A DNA stretch of 64,000 nucleotides from Squalus acanthias (Eukaryota): contig CM059451.1 of NCBI GenBank assembly GCA_030390025.1, positions 3,782,001 through 3,846,000 on the forward strand. Reading direction: 5' to 3'. How positions within the stretch are numbered: the stretch's first letter is position 1; each line of letters opens with the position of its first letter. Below are positions 24,076-37,185 of the stretch, piece after piece. The position numbers and the translations under genes were made by a program. The notes beneath the pieces are model-generated. The model worked only from the letters and a program-made list of their open reading frames with translations. It was not told the origin of the DNA and did not search any database.

Positions 24076-25939
24076 AGCTAGTCCCTTTCCCCATAGCCCT
24101 GCAATTTTTTTTCCTTAAGGTACTTATCTAATTCCCTTTTGAAAGCCACGATTGACTCGGCCTCCACCACCCTTTCAGGCCGTGCATTCCAGATCCTAAC
24201 CACTCGCTGTGTAAAAAAGTCTTCCCTCATGTTGCCTCTGGATCTTCTGCCAATCACCTTGAATCTGTGTCCTCTGGTTCTCGACCCTTCCGCCAATGGG
24301 AACAGTTTCTCTCTATCTACTCTGTCTAGACCCCTCATGATTTGAACACCTCGATCAAATCTCCTCTCCAGCTTCTCTGCTCCAAGGAGAATAACCCCAG
24401 CTTCTCCAGTCTATCCACAGAACTGAAGTCCCTCATCTCTGGAACCATTCTCGTAAATTTTTCTGCACCCTCGCTAAGGCCTTCACATCTTCCTAAAGTG
24501 TGGTGCCCAGAATTGGACACAATACTCCAGTTGAGACCGAACCAGTGTTTTATAAAGGTTCATCATAACTTCCTTGCTTTTGTACTCTATACCTCTATTT
24601 ATGAAGCCCAGGATCCCGCATGCTTTTTTAACCGCTTTCTCAACCTGTCCTGCCACCTTCAACGATTTATGTACATATACTCCCAGGTCTCTCTGTTCAT
24701 GCACCCACTTTAGGATTGTACCCTTCAGATTATATTGCCTCTCCTTGTTCTTCCTACCAAATTGTATCACTTTGCACTTTTCTGAATTAAATTTCATCTG
24801 CCACGCGTCTGCCCATTCACCAGCTTGTCTATGTCCTCTTGAAGTCTATCACTCTCCTCCTCGCTGTTCACTATACTTCCAAGTTTTGTGTCATCTGCAA
24901 ATTTTGAAATGGTGCTCTGTACACCTAAGTCTAAATCATTAATATATATCAAGAAAAGCAGTGGTCCTAGTATTGACCCCTGGTTGAACACCACTCTATA
25001 CCTTCCTCCAGTCTGAAAAACAATTGTTCAGCACTACTCTCTGTTTCCTGTCACTTAGCCAATTTTGTATCCATGCTGCCACTGTCCCTTTTATTCCATG
25101 GGCTTCAACTTTGCTGGCAAGCCTATTATGTGGCACTTTATCAAACGCCTTTTGGAAGTCCATGTACACCACATCAACTGCATTGCCCTCATCAACGCTC
25201 TCTGTTACCTCATCAAAAAATTCAGTCAAGTTAGTTAAACATGATTTGCCTTTAACAAATCTGTGCTGGCTTCTTTAATTAATCCACACTTGTCCAAGTG
25301 ACTGTTAATTTTGTCCCTGATTATTGTTTCTAAAAGTTTCCCCACCACTGAGGTTAAGCTGACTGGCCTGTAGTTGTTGGGTTTATCCGTACACCATTTT
25401 TTGAACAATGGTGTAACATTTGCAATTCTCCAGTCCTCTGGCACCACCCCCATATCTATGGAGGATTGGAATATTATGGCCAGTACCTCCGCGATTTCCT
25501 CCCTCAATTCCCTCAGCATCCTAGGATACATCCCATCCGCTCCTGGTGATTTATTTACTTTAAGTACAGCCAGCCTTTCTAGTACCTCTTCTTTATCAAT
25601 TTTTATCCTATCAAGTGTCTCCACTACCTCCTCCTTCACTACGACTTTGGCAGTATTCTCTTCCTTGGTGAAGACAGATGCAAAGTATTCATTTAGTACC
25701 TCAGCCATACCCTCTGCCTCCATGCATAGGTCTCCTTTTTGGTCCCTAATCGGCCCCACCCCTCCTCTTACTATCCGTTTACTATTTATATGCCTATAGA
25801 AGACTTTTGGATTCCCTTTTATGTTAGCTGCCAGTCTATTCTCGTGCTCTCTCTTTGCCCCTCTTATTTCATTTTTCACTTCCCCTCTAAACTTTCTGTA
25901 TTCAGTTTAGAAGTGGCAAGTTGTATCCAAAAGGGTAAT

Positions 25940-27640
25940 GGTTGAAGTGTTTTTGTGACTGGAAGGCTGTTTCCAGTGGGGTTCCACAGGGCTCAGTACT
26001 GGGTTCTTTGCTTTTTGTGATATATATCAATAATTTAGACTTCAATGTAGGAAGTATGATTAAGAAGTTTGCAGATGATATAAAAATTGGCCGTGTGGTT
26101 GATAATGAAGAAGAAAGCTGCAGACTGCAGGAAGATATCAATGGACTGGTCATGTGGGCGGAACAGTGGCAAATGGAATTCAATCTGGAGAAGTGTGAGG
26201 TAATGCATTTGGGGAGGGCTAACAAGGCAAGGGAATACACAATAAATGGTAGGACACTGAGAAATGCAGAGGATCAGAGGGACCTTGGAGTGCATGTCCA
26301 CAGATCTCTGAAGGTAGCAGGACAGGTAGATGAGGTGGTTAAGAAGGCATACGGGATACTTGCCTTTATTAGCCGAGGCAGAGAATTTTTTTTTATTCGC
26401 TTATGGGATCTGGGCGTCACTGGCAAGGCCAGCATTTATTGCCCATCCCTAGTTGCCCTTGAGAAGGTGGTGGTGAGCCGCCTTCTTGAACAGCTGCAGT
26501 CCGTGTGGTGAGGGTACTCCCACAGTGCTGTTAGGTAGGGAGTTCCAGCGACGATGAAGGATCGGTGATATACTTCTAAGTCAGGATGGTGTGTGACTTG
26601 GAGGGGAACTTGGAGGTGGTGGTGTTCCCATGTGCCTGCTGCCCTTGTCCTTCTAGGTGGAAGAGGCCGCGGGTTTGGGACTTGCTGCCGAAGAAGCCTT
26701 GGCGAGTTGCTGCAGTGCATCTTGTAGATGGTACACACTGCAGCCACGGTACGCCGGTGGTGGAGGGAGTGAATGTTTAAGGTGGTGGATGGGGTGCCAA
26801 TCAAGCGGGCTGCTTTATCCTGGATGGTGTCGAGCTTCTTGAGTGTTGTTGGAGCTGCACTCATCCAGGCAAGTGGAGAGTATTCCATCACACTCCTTAC
26901 TTGTGCCTTGTAGATGGTGGAAAGGCTTTGGGGAGTCAGGAGGTGAGACACTCGCCGCAGAATACCCAGCCTCTGACCTGCTCTTGTTGCCACAGTATAT
27001 ATGTGGCTGGTCCAGTTAAGTTTCTGGTCAATGGTGACCCCCAGGATGTTGAATATAAGAGCAGGGAGGTTATGCTTGAACTGTATAAAACACTAGTTAG
27101 GCTGCAGCTAGAATACTGCGTGCAGTTCTGGTCACCACATTACAGGAAGGATGTGATTGCACTAGAGAGGGTACAGAGGAGATTTATGAGGATGTTGCCT
27201 GAGCTGGGGAATTTTAGCTATGAGGAAAGATTGGATAGGCTGGGGTTGTTTCCTTTGGAACAGAGGAGTCTGAGGGGAGATTTAATTGAGGTGTATAAAA
27301 TTATGAGGGCCTAGATAGAAGGACCTATTTCCCTCAGCAGAGAGGTCAATAACCAGAGGGCACAGATTTAAAGTAATGGGTAGAAGGTTTAGAGGGGAGT
27401 TGAGGAGAACCTTTTCACCCAGAGGGTGGTGGGGGTCTGGAACTCACTGCCTAAAAGGGTGGTTGAGGCAGAAACCCTCATCACATTTAAAAAGTACTTG
27501 GATATGCACTTGAAGTGCCGTAACCTACAAGGCTACGGACCAAGTGCTGGAAAGTGGGATTAGGCTGGAGAGCTCTTTGTCGGCCGGCACAGACAAGATG
27601 GGTTGAATGGCCTCCTTCTGTGCTGTAAATTTCTATGATT
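25940..27640 (+). mobile_element. Nested antisense CR1 3' fragment
   Basis: SGVPQGSVLG..KFADDIK..AFISRG, resuming EYKSREVML at 27051. Confidence 0.88.
26388..27050 (-). mobile_element. 3' fragment of a second LINE family (CR1/L2/Jockey group, clade unassigned)
   Basis: LSTIYKAQVRSVMEYSPLAW; tail ggcaactagggatgggcaataaatgctggccttgccag; other copies at 52265, 54358, 59150. Confidence 0.8.
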
Positions 27641-29824
27641 CAGTCTGGTTCTCAACCTGACATCTGTCATGCGCCCCTTTTTTCTGCTTCATCTTACTCT
27701 CTACCTCTTTCGTCATCCAGGGTGCTCTGGCTTTGGTTGCCCTACCTTTCCCCCTCGTGGGAATGTACCTCGATTGTACCCGAACCATCTCCTCTTTAAA
27801 GGCAGCCTATTGTTCAATTACAGTTTTGCCTGCCCATCTTTGATTCTAATTTACCCGGGCCAGAACCGTTCTCAACCCACTGAAATTGGCCTTCCTCCAA
27901 TTAAGTATTTTTACTCTAGATTGCTTCCTGTCCTTTTCCATAGCCAACCTAAACCTTATGATACTATGATCACTATTCCCTAAATGTTCCCCTACTGAAA
28001 CTTGATCCACCTGACCCACCTCATTCCCCAGAACCAGATCCAGCAGTGCCTCATTCCTTGTTGGGCTGGAAACGTGCTGATCAAGAAAGTTCTCCTGAAC
28101 ACACTTCAGAAATTCTTCCCCCTCTCTGCCCTTTACACTATTACTATCCCAGTCTATATTAGGATAGTTGAAGTCCCCCATTATCACTACTCTATAGTTC
28201 TTGCACCTCTCTGTAATTTCCCTATAAATTTGCTCCTCTATATCCTTCCCACTAGTTGGTGGCCTATAGAATACACCTAGTAGTGTAATGGCACCTCTAT
28301 TGTTTCTCAACTCTAACCAAATAGATTCTGTCCTTGACCCCTCCAGGACATCCTCTCTCTCCAGCACTGTAACATTCTCCTTAACCAATACTGCCACCCC
28401 ACCTCCTTTCTTTCCTTCCCTATCTTTCCTGAACACCTTATATCCAGGAATATTTAGTACCCAATCTGCCCTTTTTTGAGCCAGGTCTCAGTTATCGCCA
28501 CAACACCATATTCCCATGTGGCAATTTGCGCCTGCAGCTCACCAACCTTATTTACCACGCTTCGTGCATTCACACACATGCACTGTAAACCTGCACTGGA
28601 CCTTCTTGTATTCTCTCTTAGTCTGACCCCCAGCTAATACCGTACTATTTCTTACTCTAGTGCTATCTGTCCTCTCCATACTTAGTGCACTTTGTTTCTC
28701 CGTTCTAATGCTACATCCTGGTGCCCATTCCCCTGCCAATTTAGTTCAAACCCTCCCCAAGAGCACTAGCAAATCCCCCCGCAAGGAAATTGGTCCCAGC
28801 TCTGTTGCAACCTGTCCACCCATACAGGTCCCACCTCCCCCAGAACCGGTCCCAATGTCCCAGGAATCTAAAGCCCTTCCTCTTGCACCATCTCTCCAGC
28901 CACGCATTCATCTGCTCCATCTTCTATTTCTATACTCACTAGCTCGTGGCACTGGTAGTAATCCAGAGATTACTAGCTTTGAGGTCCTGCTTTTTAATCT
29001 CCTTCCTAGCTCCCTAAAATCTGCCTGCAGGACCTCATCCCTCTTTCTACCTATGTCGTTGGTACCGATATGGACCACGACCTCTGGCTGTTCACCCTCC
29101 CCGCTCAGTGTTATCCTCGACCCTGGCACCAGGGAGGCAACAGACCATCCTGGAATCATGTCTGCGGCCGCAGAAACGCCTGTCTGTTCCCCTAACTACC
29201 GAATCCCCTACAACTATTGCTTTCCTGATCTTCCTCCCCCACACCCCGTACAGCTGAGCCACCCGTGGTGCCGTGGACTTGGCTCTGGCTGTATTCCCCA
29301 GAGGAACCATCGCCCTCACCAGTATTCAGTGCATACCATTTCGAGAGCGAGATGCACTCAGGGGACTCCTGCACTACCTGCCTGGTCCTCCTCTTTCTGT
29401 CTGGCGGTCACCCATTCCCTCTCTGCCTGCACACTCTTGCGCTGCGGGGTGACCACCTCCTGAAATGTGCTATCCTCGTAGCTCTCAGCCACACGGATGC
29501 ACCACAGTGACGCTAGCTGCTGCTCAAGCTCCGAAACCTGGAGCTTGAGCTCCTCCAGCTGACGAAACTTCCTGCACATGTGGTTGACCAGGAGCGTCCT
29601 GGAGTTCCCACATGGCACAAGATGTGCATTCCACGGGACTGAGCTGCCCTGCCATGCCTCTATTTAATAGAGTGTTAACTAACTTAACAGAAATAAACTC
29701 AAGGCTTAAAACAAAAACACTCACCAGCTACTCACCAATCAGCTCCTTCCCTTGTGCTGACATCACTTTAGTTTTTTTTTTACTCTGACGTCACTCTTTC
29801 AAATTCTACCTGTCTTGAGTTTCT

Positions 29825-30110
29825 CCCAGCTCCCAGCTCCGCTCTCCCTCTGTTCTCAGCTCCGCTCTCCCTCTGCTCCCAGCTCCGCTCTCCCTCTACT
29901 CCCAGCTCCGCTCTCCCTCTACTCCCAGCTCCGCTCTCCCTCTACTCCCAGCTCCGCTCTCCCTCTCCTCCCAGCTCCGCTCTCCCTCTGCTCCCAGCTC
30001 CGCTCTCCCTCTGCTCCCAGCTCCGCTCTCCCTCTACTCCCAGCTCCGCTCTCCCTCTGCTCCCAGCTCCGCTCTCCCTCTGTTCTCAGCTCCGCTCTCC
30101 CTCTGTTCCC
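29825..30110. repeat. 23-bp pyrimidine-rich minisatellite (CCCAGCTCCGCTCTCCCTCTRCT), ~12 copies
   Basis: Visible tandem units beside the CR1 5' end. Confidence 0.92.
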
Positions 30111-30959
30111 GCTCAGGTCCACTCCTTCTGGTCTGAAAGATCCCACGGCGCTCTTTTGAAGAAGAGCAGGGGAGTTCTCTCAACCAACATCACTAAGACA
30201 GATGATCTGGTCATTATTGCATTGCTGTGTGGAAATTGGCTGCCGTGTTTCCTACATTACAACAGAGACTACTTCATTGGCAGCACTCCCTCAGTACTTC
30301 CATTGGATTCTGTGCTCGAGTCTCTGGAGTGGGACTATGAAGCCACAACCTTCTGACTCAGAGGCGAGAGTGCTACAGACTGAGCCATAGCTGACCCTGG
30401 CAGCACGTGGTGTGACACTATAATCTACAGACCCAGAGTGACCCAGGTTCAATCTCCAGCCTGTGCTGTGTTAACCGATCTCAGTAAGAGTGCTGGATCT
30501 AACACTTCATTATCACATTGCTGTTTGTGGGAGCTTGCTGTGCAAATTGACTGCCGCATTTCCCACATTACAACAGTGACTACACTTCAAAAAGTACTTC
30601 ATTGGCTGTAAAGCGCTTTGGGTTGTCTTGAGGTCACGAAATGCATCTATCTTCTTTCCTTCCCCTCCCTCCGCTGAAGGTGCTGATTCATAGGAGTGGG
30701 GGCAGCACCACCAGGAACCCTCCAGTAACACCCCGCAAAGGGCAGTGTGTAAGCATTGCCAGCGAATGTAGTCTGGCTATTCGACTGCACGCGGCATCAC
30801 AGTCAAGCAAGATTCCAACATCCCTGCGCACGTCCACTCCATTTTTGGGGTGATCACTGTGCGGCCGAGCAGCTTAACAGGAACAACGCTTGGGACGTTA
30901 TACTACGTTAAAGGCGCTATATAAATGCAAATTGTTGCTGTTGTTCTTGAGAGCACTCG

Positions 30960-31900
30960 GAATGATTGAGGCGATGGAGGGATTGGATTATGAGGAGCGA
31001 TTGTGTAAATTGGGCATGTTCTCTCTGGAGAAGAGAAGGTTGAGAGGTGATATGATTGCTGGTTTTAGATTCTAAAGGGGCTGGATAATGTCGACCGTGA
31101 CTGGATGCAGGGAGGATGTTTCCCATGGCTGGGGGGTCTAGAACGAGGGGTCACAGTCTCAGGATACGGGGTAGGACATTTAGGACTGAGATGAGGAGAA
31201 ATGTCTTCACTCAGAGGGTGGTGAACCTGTGGAATTCTCTACCACAGAAGGCTGTGGAGGCCAAGTCACTGAATATATTTAAGAAGGAGATAGATAGATT
31301 TCTAGACACAAGGGGCATCAAGGGGTATGGTGAGAGAGCAGGAATATGGTATTGAGATAGAGGATCAGCCATGATCATATTGAATGGCGGAGCAGGCTCG
31401 AAGGGCCTACGCCTGCTCCTATTTTTCTATGTTTCTAAGTTGTTTCACCTTGTCCAGAACAGTGGAACCAGAGGACACGGCCTGCACTTGAAGGGGGGCA
31501 AATTCAAAGCTAATCTGTGGAAGCAATATTTCAGAGAGCGAGTGGTCAATCTATAGAACAGGCTCCCGAGGGAGGCGATGGAAGCAGTTAGAATTGATTC
31601 ATTCAAATGCATATTTGGATAGATTTCTTTCAGAAAATAACATTTTTGGGATAAAGTTTTTCAGTAATTGGAGACATGACGTGTGGTGAGTGCAGTGTGC
31701 TCGGGAGGAACAGGTGACTTTGGACCTCTGGTGCCCAAAGCTCTCCATCACTGGGGGTTTCCTCGCCTCATGTCTGGGTCTATTGTAGACTCATTGATAG
31801 AGATTGATCGCTGTGCTTAGTCAACGACTCCATTATCGTTGGATCATGTGATTACCAGGATGGACCGTGGTCTATTCTCGTCTAGCAATTCCTATGTTCC
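30960..31900 (+). mobile_element. Nested CR1 3' fragments
   Basis: FSLEKRRLRGDMI, FTQRVVNLWNSLP remnants. Confidence 0.75.
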
Positions 31901-32399
31901 TGTTCCTCTGTGTACCTGTATCGTGATGCAAAATATCTTCTGACGCAAGTAGGTTGCAACAAAGAGCGGGCTCCATGCCAATTCCTAGTCCACCCACCCT
32001 GCACACGTCATGACAATTACATCATGAAGTCAGGTCTCCATCCACAGATCAGCCTCTAACTGGGTGGAAGCATGGTTTCTGACTGGTGGAGTCTGCCGAG
32101 ATTTGGGAAGGGTTTAAGAGTACATGTTGGTGAGTTTTCTTCTCCCACTTTTATCACTTAAGCTGATACCTGCTACACTTGACCTAACTGGTGTCTGTAA
32201 TAGTGGAGCCAACCCATTTATACTGGTGAGAAGCCTCATAGGATAAGCATCAGCCGATTGTAACAGCTAAATCCTGTAGCAGATGGGCTACACTGAACAT
32301 TCATGGTCTGATCACTGTATCCTTAAACCACAAGAATAAAAATTGCTGTTTGTGGGAGCTTGCTGTGTGTAAACTGGCTGCCGTGTTTACTGCTACCAG

Positions 32400-33002
32400 T
32401 AATGATAAACTATAGTTATGGGGGATAAATTTGAGATACTGGGACTATTTCCACTGGACCAGAGAAGGCTGAGGAGATTTAAAGAGAATTATGAGGGATT
32501 TTGATAAAGTAAATCGGGACATAACTTGTTCAAATGGTTGGGGAACCAATGATGCGAGGCCATCAATTGAAGATTGTCACTAAGAGAGTAAGGAGAGGGG
32601 TTAGGGGAAATTTCATTACATTTCAGGTTATTGGAGCACGAAATGCTTTGCCACATGGAATATTTGAGGCATTGTCTTTTCTTAAGGAACAATTGGTGGA
32701 ATACTTGAAGCAGAGGAAAATGCAGGGCTATGGGAATGGAGCAAGGACTGAGATGAGGAGAAATTTCTTCACTGGGAGGGTGGTGAATCTTTGGAATTCT
32801 CTACCCCAGGGGGCTGTGGAGGCTCAGTCGTTGAGTATATTCAAGACCGAGATCGATAGATTTTTGAATATTATGGGGATCAAGGGATATGGGGATCGGG
32901 CAGGAAAGTGGAGATGAGGTAGAAGATCAGCCATGATCTTATTGAATGGCGGAGCAGGCTCGAGGGGCCGAATGGCCTACTCCTGCTCCTAGTTCTTATG
33001 TA
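32400..33002 (+). mobile_element. CR1 3' fragments
   Basis: RNFFTGRVVNLWNSLPQ and CR1 tail. Confidence 0.75.
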
Positions 33003-33589
33003 ATGGAGTTAGTTTTTGATTGCTTCAGCAAAGGGCCGGCACAGGCGCGATGGGTTGAATGGCGTCCTGCTGTGTTGTGAACATCTGGGGTGTGATATTG
33101 GCGTTCCTGGCACCATCGCCTCTGGTTTCAAATGGAACTCCCGCTTATCTCCATCGCTAAAGCTGCTTCCAGGAAAACTGCTCCACACCAAACACTTGTA
33201 TTTTCCTAGACTGCTGCGAACTCGCTATAAAGACCAAGTTTGTCCAAGGCTTGACCACTGCTCTGGTATCTGGGTAACCTCCTCTCACACCTCTTGGCAC
33301 GAGATACAAGCAAAGAACTGGTTGTCTGATGCCTCTCTCTTCTCTAGCCCCTGATCGTTATCTCTGCATCACAACCTTTCCTGTCTCTCTCTCTCCTGTA
33401 GTCAATATTCCTGCTTCCTCAATCAACCTTCCTCTCTTATTCCTCCTGATCTCTAAACACGCCGCCTTACATACTCTTCCTCCACCTTATACTCTTACTA
33501 TGCTGAAATTAAGTCTCATCTCCCTGTCTCCTACTCCAACTCAACCTTATCCAGGACTTCAAAACTGTTCTTGTCCTCCCTCAGTCTTT

Positions 33590-34682
33590 CCTTCTTGGTC
33601 TCCATGCTACAAAAAGGATATCGCGCCACTGGAGAAGGTGCAATAAAGATCCACAAGGATGCTGCCAGAGCTGAGAGGTTAGAACTATCAGGAAAGATTG
33701 AACAGACTGGGCCTCCGATCTCAAGAAAAGAGAAGGCTGAGGGGTGAACTGTTCGAGGTCTGTAGAATGATGACAGGGTTCGATTGGGTAGATGTAGAAG
33801 ATGTTTCCACTTTTGCGGTAGACCAAAACTAGAGGTCAGAAATATAAGAAAGTCACTAATAAATCCAATAAGGAATTCAGGAGAAACTTCTTTACCCAGA
33901 GAGTGGTTCGAATGTGGAACTCGCTACCACAGGGAGTGGTTGAAACAACAACAACTTGTATTTATATAGCGCCTTTAACATAGTAAAACATCCCAAGGCG
34001 CTTCATAGGCTTATTATGAGACAAAAAATTTGACACCGAGCCACATAAGGAGAAATTAGGGCAGGTGACCAAAAGCTTGGTCAAAGAGGTAGGTTTTACG
34101 GAGCGTCTTAAAGGAGGAGAGAGAGGTAGAGAGGCGGAGAGGATGAGGGAGAGAATTCCAGAGCTTAGGGCCGAGGCATCAGAAGGCACGGCCACCAATG
34201 GTGGAGCGATTATAATCAGGGATGCTCAAGAGGGCAGAATTAGAGGAGCGCAGATATCTCGGGGGGTTGTGGGGCTGAAGGAGATTACAGAGATAGGGAG
34301 GGGTGAGGCCATGGAGGGATTTGAAAACACCGATGAGAATTTTGAAATCGAGGCGTTGCTTAACCGGGAGCCAATGTAGGTCAGTGAGCACAGGGGTGAT
34401 GGGCGAACGGGACTTGGTGCGAGTTAGGACACGGGCAGCTGAGTTTTGGATGACCTCAAGTTTACAGAGGGTAGAATGTGAGAGGCCAGCCAGGAGTGCG
34501 TTGGAAGCGAATAGCACAGATGCCTTTAAGGGAAAGCTAGATAAGTACATGAGGGAGAAAGGAATAGAAGGATATACTGATAGGGTGAGATGAATTAAAG
34601 AGGGAGGAGGCTCGTGTGGAGCATAAACACCGGCATAGAGGAGTTGGGCCGAATGGCCTGTTTCTGTGCTGTAAATTCTGAA
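33590..34682 (+). mobile_element. CR1 3' fragment with nested antisense L2 3' end (33945-34503)
   Basis: CR1 split at gtggttgaa; minus-strand insert encodes LEVIQNSAARVLTRTK..HWLPVKQRLDFKI (L2-type) and ends in (gtt)n. Confidence 0.82.
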
Positions 34683-35078
34683 AAAGAAACTTACATTTCT
34701 ATAGCGCCTTTCACGGCCACCGGACATCTCAAAGCGCTTTACAGCCAGTGAAGTATTTTTGAAGTGTAGTGACTGTTGTAATGTGGGAAACGCAGCAGTC
34801 AATTTGCGCACAGCAAGCTCCCACAAACAGCAATGTGATAATGACTAGATAATCTGCTTTTAGTGATGTTGATTGAGAGATAAATATTGGCCCAGGACAC
34901 CGGGGCGAACTCCCCTGCTCTTCTTCGAAATAGTGCCATGGGATCTTTTACGTCCCGAGAGCAGACGGGGCCTTGGGTGTCAGCCTAGCTTTATGTGCTG
35001 CAAGTCCCTGGAGTGGGCTTGAACCCACAACCTTCTGACTCAGAGGCAAGTGTGCTACCCACTGAGCCACAGCTGACA
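34683..35078 (-). mobile_element. SacSINE1/DeuSINE-like SINE
   Basis: Head, central domain and tail match other copies. Confidence 0.88.
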
Positions 35079-35557
35079 CTGTGTAATTCAATGTATGATT
35101 CTCAGGTGTGTAAAATCAAAGCTTGGCGGCACTCGATCACCACTTCCTGGTTTACCTCATCCTCTTCTTTACTCTTTTCAACCTTTGGGTTGAGCTGCAC
35201 TCTGGACAGGAGAGAGGCCCCAACAGGCCGAAGAACGGATCCATTCCTAGCAAGACTTGTGATGCAATTATTGAAGATAATCATTGTTGAAATTATTTGG
35301 CATTGCACAAAATTACAGGATATCTTTAATTTGACAGAAATTTCTTGCACTGTGCACCTGAAAAATAGTGTCATCCATTTTGTGGCTGTTAAATTCTATT
35401 TTCTTTCTATAAAATGAATCACTGCTCATTTTGTTGAGGACCTGTTGCAGTAACTCACAACTCCTGCAGATGGTGCTGTGGAGCTCTTTCTCTCAACAGT
35501 GCCACCAGCAGGAAGGTCTTGTTATTGCAACAGGTATATTTATTTAGCGAAATAAAG

Positions 35558-35995
35558 AGCTTGCAATTATATAGCACCTTTCACCACCTCAGGACGTTCC
35601 AAAGCGTTTCACAGCCAATGAAATAAATTTGAAGTATTTCACTACCTGTTGTAATGTAGGAAACGTGGCAGCCAATGTGTGCACAGCAAGATTCCACAAA
35701 TAGCAATGTGATAATGACCAGCTCATCTGTGGTTTAGGTGCTAGTTGAGGGATAAAATATTGGCCCAGGACAGCAGGGAGAACTTCCCCACCGCCCCCCC
35801 CCCCGCTCTTCTTCAAAATGGTGCCACCTGAGAGGGCTTCGGTTTAACATCTCATCCGAAAGACGGCACCTCCGACAGTGCAGCACTCCCTCAGCACTGC
35901 ACTGGGAGCGTCAGCCTGGATTTTTGTGCTCAAGTCTCTGGTGTGGGACTTGAACCCACAACCTTCATGACTCAGAGGCGAGAGAGTGCTACCAT
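35558..35995 (-). mobile_element. SacSINE1/DeuSINE-like SINE
   Basis: Matches other copies. Confidence 0.85.
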
Positions 35996-37185
35996 AAAGA
36001 ATGAGGTGGCTGGAGGCTCTGTTACCGACGGTGGAGCGAAAGACGGGGACGCACAGTGGACCAGGGTCGGAGGAATGGAGGGCGCAGGCTCCTACTCAGG
36101 CCTGGAGAGGATTGCACAGAGTGAGGCCACGGAGGGGTCTGAACGGGGGCTCGAATGGGTCGGGGGACTGAAGCAAGCGAAAGGGTCGGCGAGGGCAGGA
36201 GTGAAAGACGTGTGGGATCAGATAGGTGTGGGTAGAGCTATGGATGAATCAGAGTGTAAGGTGGAGTTGCGGAGAGAGGAAGCCTTGCGGTGACAGAGGC
36301 GTGTTTCAGTGACAGTGAGGGGGAAGGGGTGGGGGCAGTGATAGAGTGGAGCAGATGGACAATACTCTGGAGATGGAAGCGAGAGGTCTTGGTGAGGCGC
36401 CAGATGCAGGGGTTGAACCCGAGCTCAGGGTGGAGCAGGAACACTGAAGCTGTGTGTCGTTCGGTCCAGTGAGGTGATGGAATCAGCAGCTGAGGCACGA
36501 GGTTTCAAGGCTCGATACTGAAGTCGGCGGGATGACAAAGGGCCAGTTGGCCCACTGGAGCTCACCTACTGGGTGAGCTCTCCCCTTGCGGCATCTAATA
36601 ATCCCAATGTGTTTGACTCTACCACCGTGTTTTGTAGATTATTCCAAATAACTTCTTCCTGATGTTTATTCCAAAGTGTACTTTCCCTTTATGTCCTCTG
36701 GTTCAACTTGGGTGGACTTTGAAGTCATAAACCACCTTTATCTTATCTATATCTTTTAATATTTAATGGGCTTCATTAAGGTTCCCTTTAACAATCTTCA
36801 CCCTAGACTTTAGACTTTAAGTTTCTCATCCCCTTTACGCAGTATTTGCTGTGTCCTTTCTACTCTAAGCATGTCCTTTTATGATGTGGCGCCCAAAGTT
36901 CAACCCAATAACCTACACGAGGTCTGACCCGTGCATTGCAAAACCATTAACTTTAAAAAGAGGTCCCTCACCATGTTTCTAAGTATATTGTCCTCTGGTT
37001 GTACAGCTCCCTTGTCGACTACCAGTCTTTGTTGAAGATTGCTGTCTGTTCCCGGGCTGCCTACCATGTTTCTCAGCACTGGCTGCAAGGGACGGAGCTG
37101 GCTACGCCTTCCTCTCACTTTCAGCTACTGCCATTAGAGGACGCACCTTGCCTCCTTGGACAGACCAACGAGAGATCAGGAACTC

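Larger units (their letters stand above)
24078..29800 (-). mobile_element. Near full-length degenerate CR1 LINE (ORF1 zinc finger plus SGNH esterase; ORF2 APE and RT) with nested insertions
   Basis: ORF1 MAGQLSPVECTSCAMWE, AIVVGDSVVRG, VVVHIGTNDIG; ORF2 FRKDREGKKGGGVA, MGDFNYP, NYRPVSLTS, YMDFQKAFD, KFADDTK; many frameshifts. Confidence 0.9.

Noticed and set aside
24078-29800. Active CR1 element
   Set aside because: Multiple frameshifts, stops and nested insertions in ORF1 and ORF2
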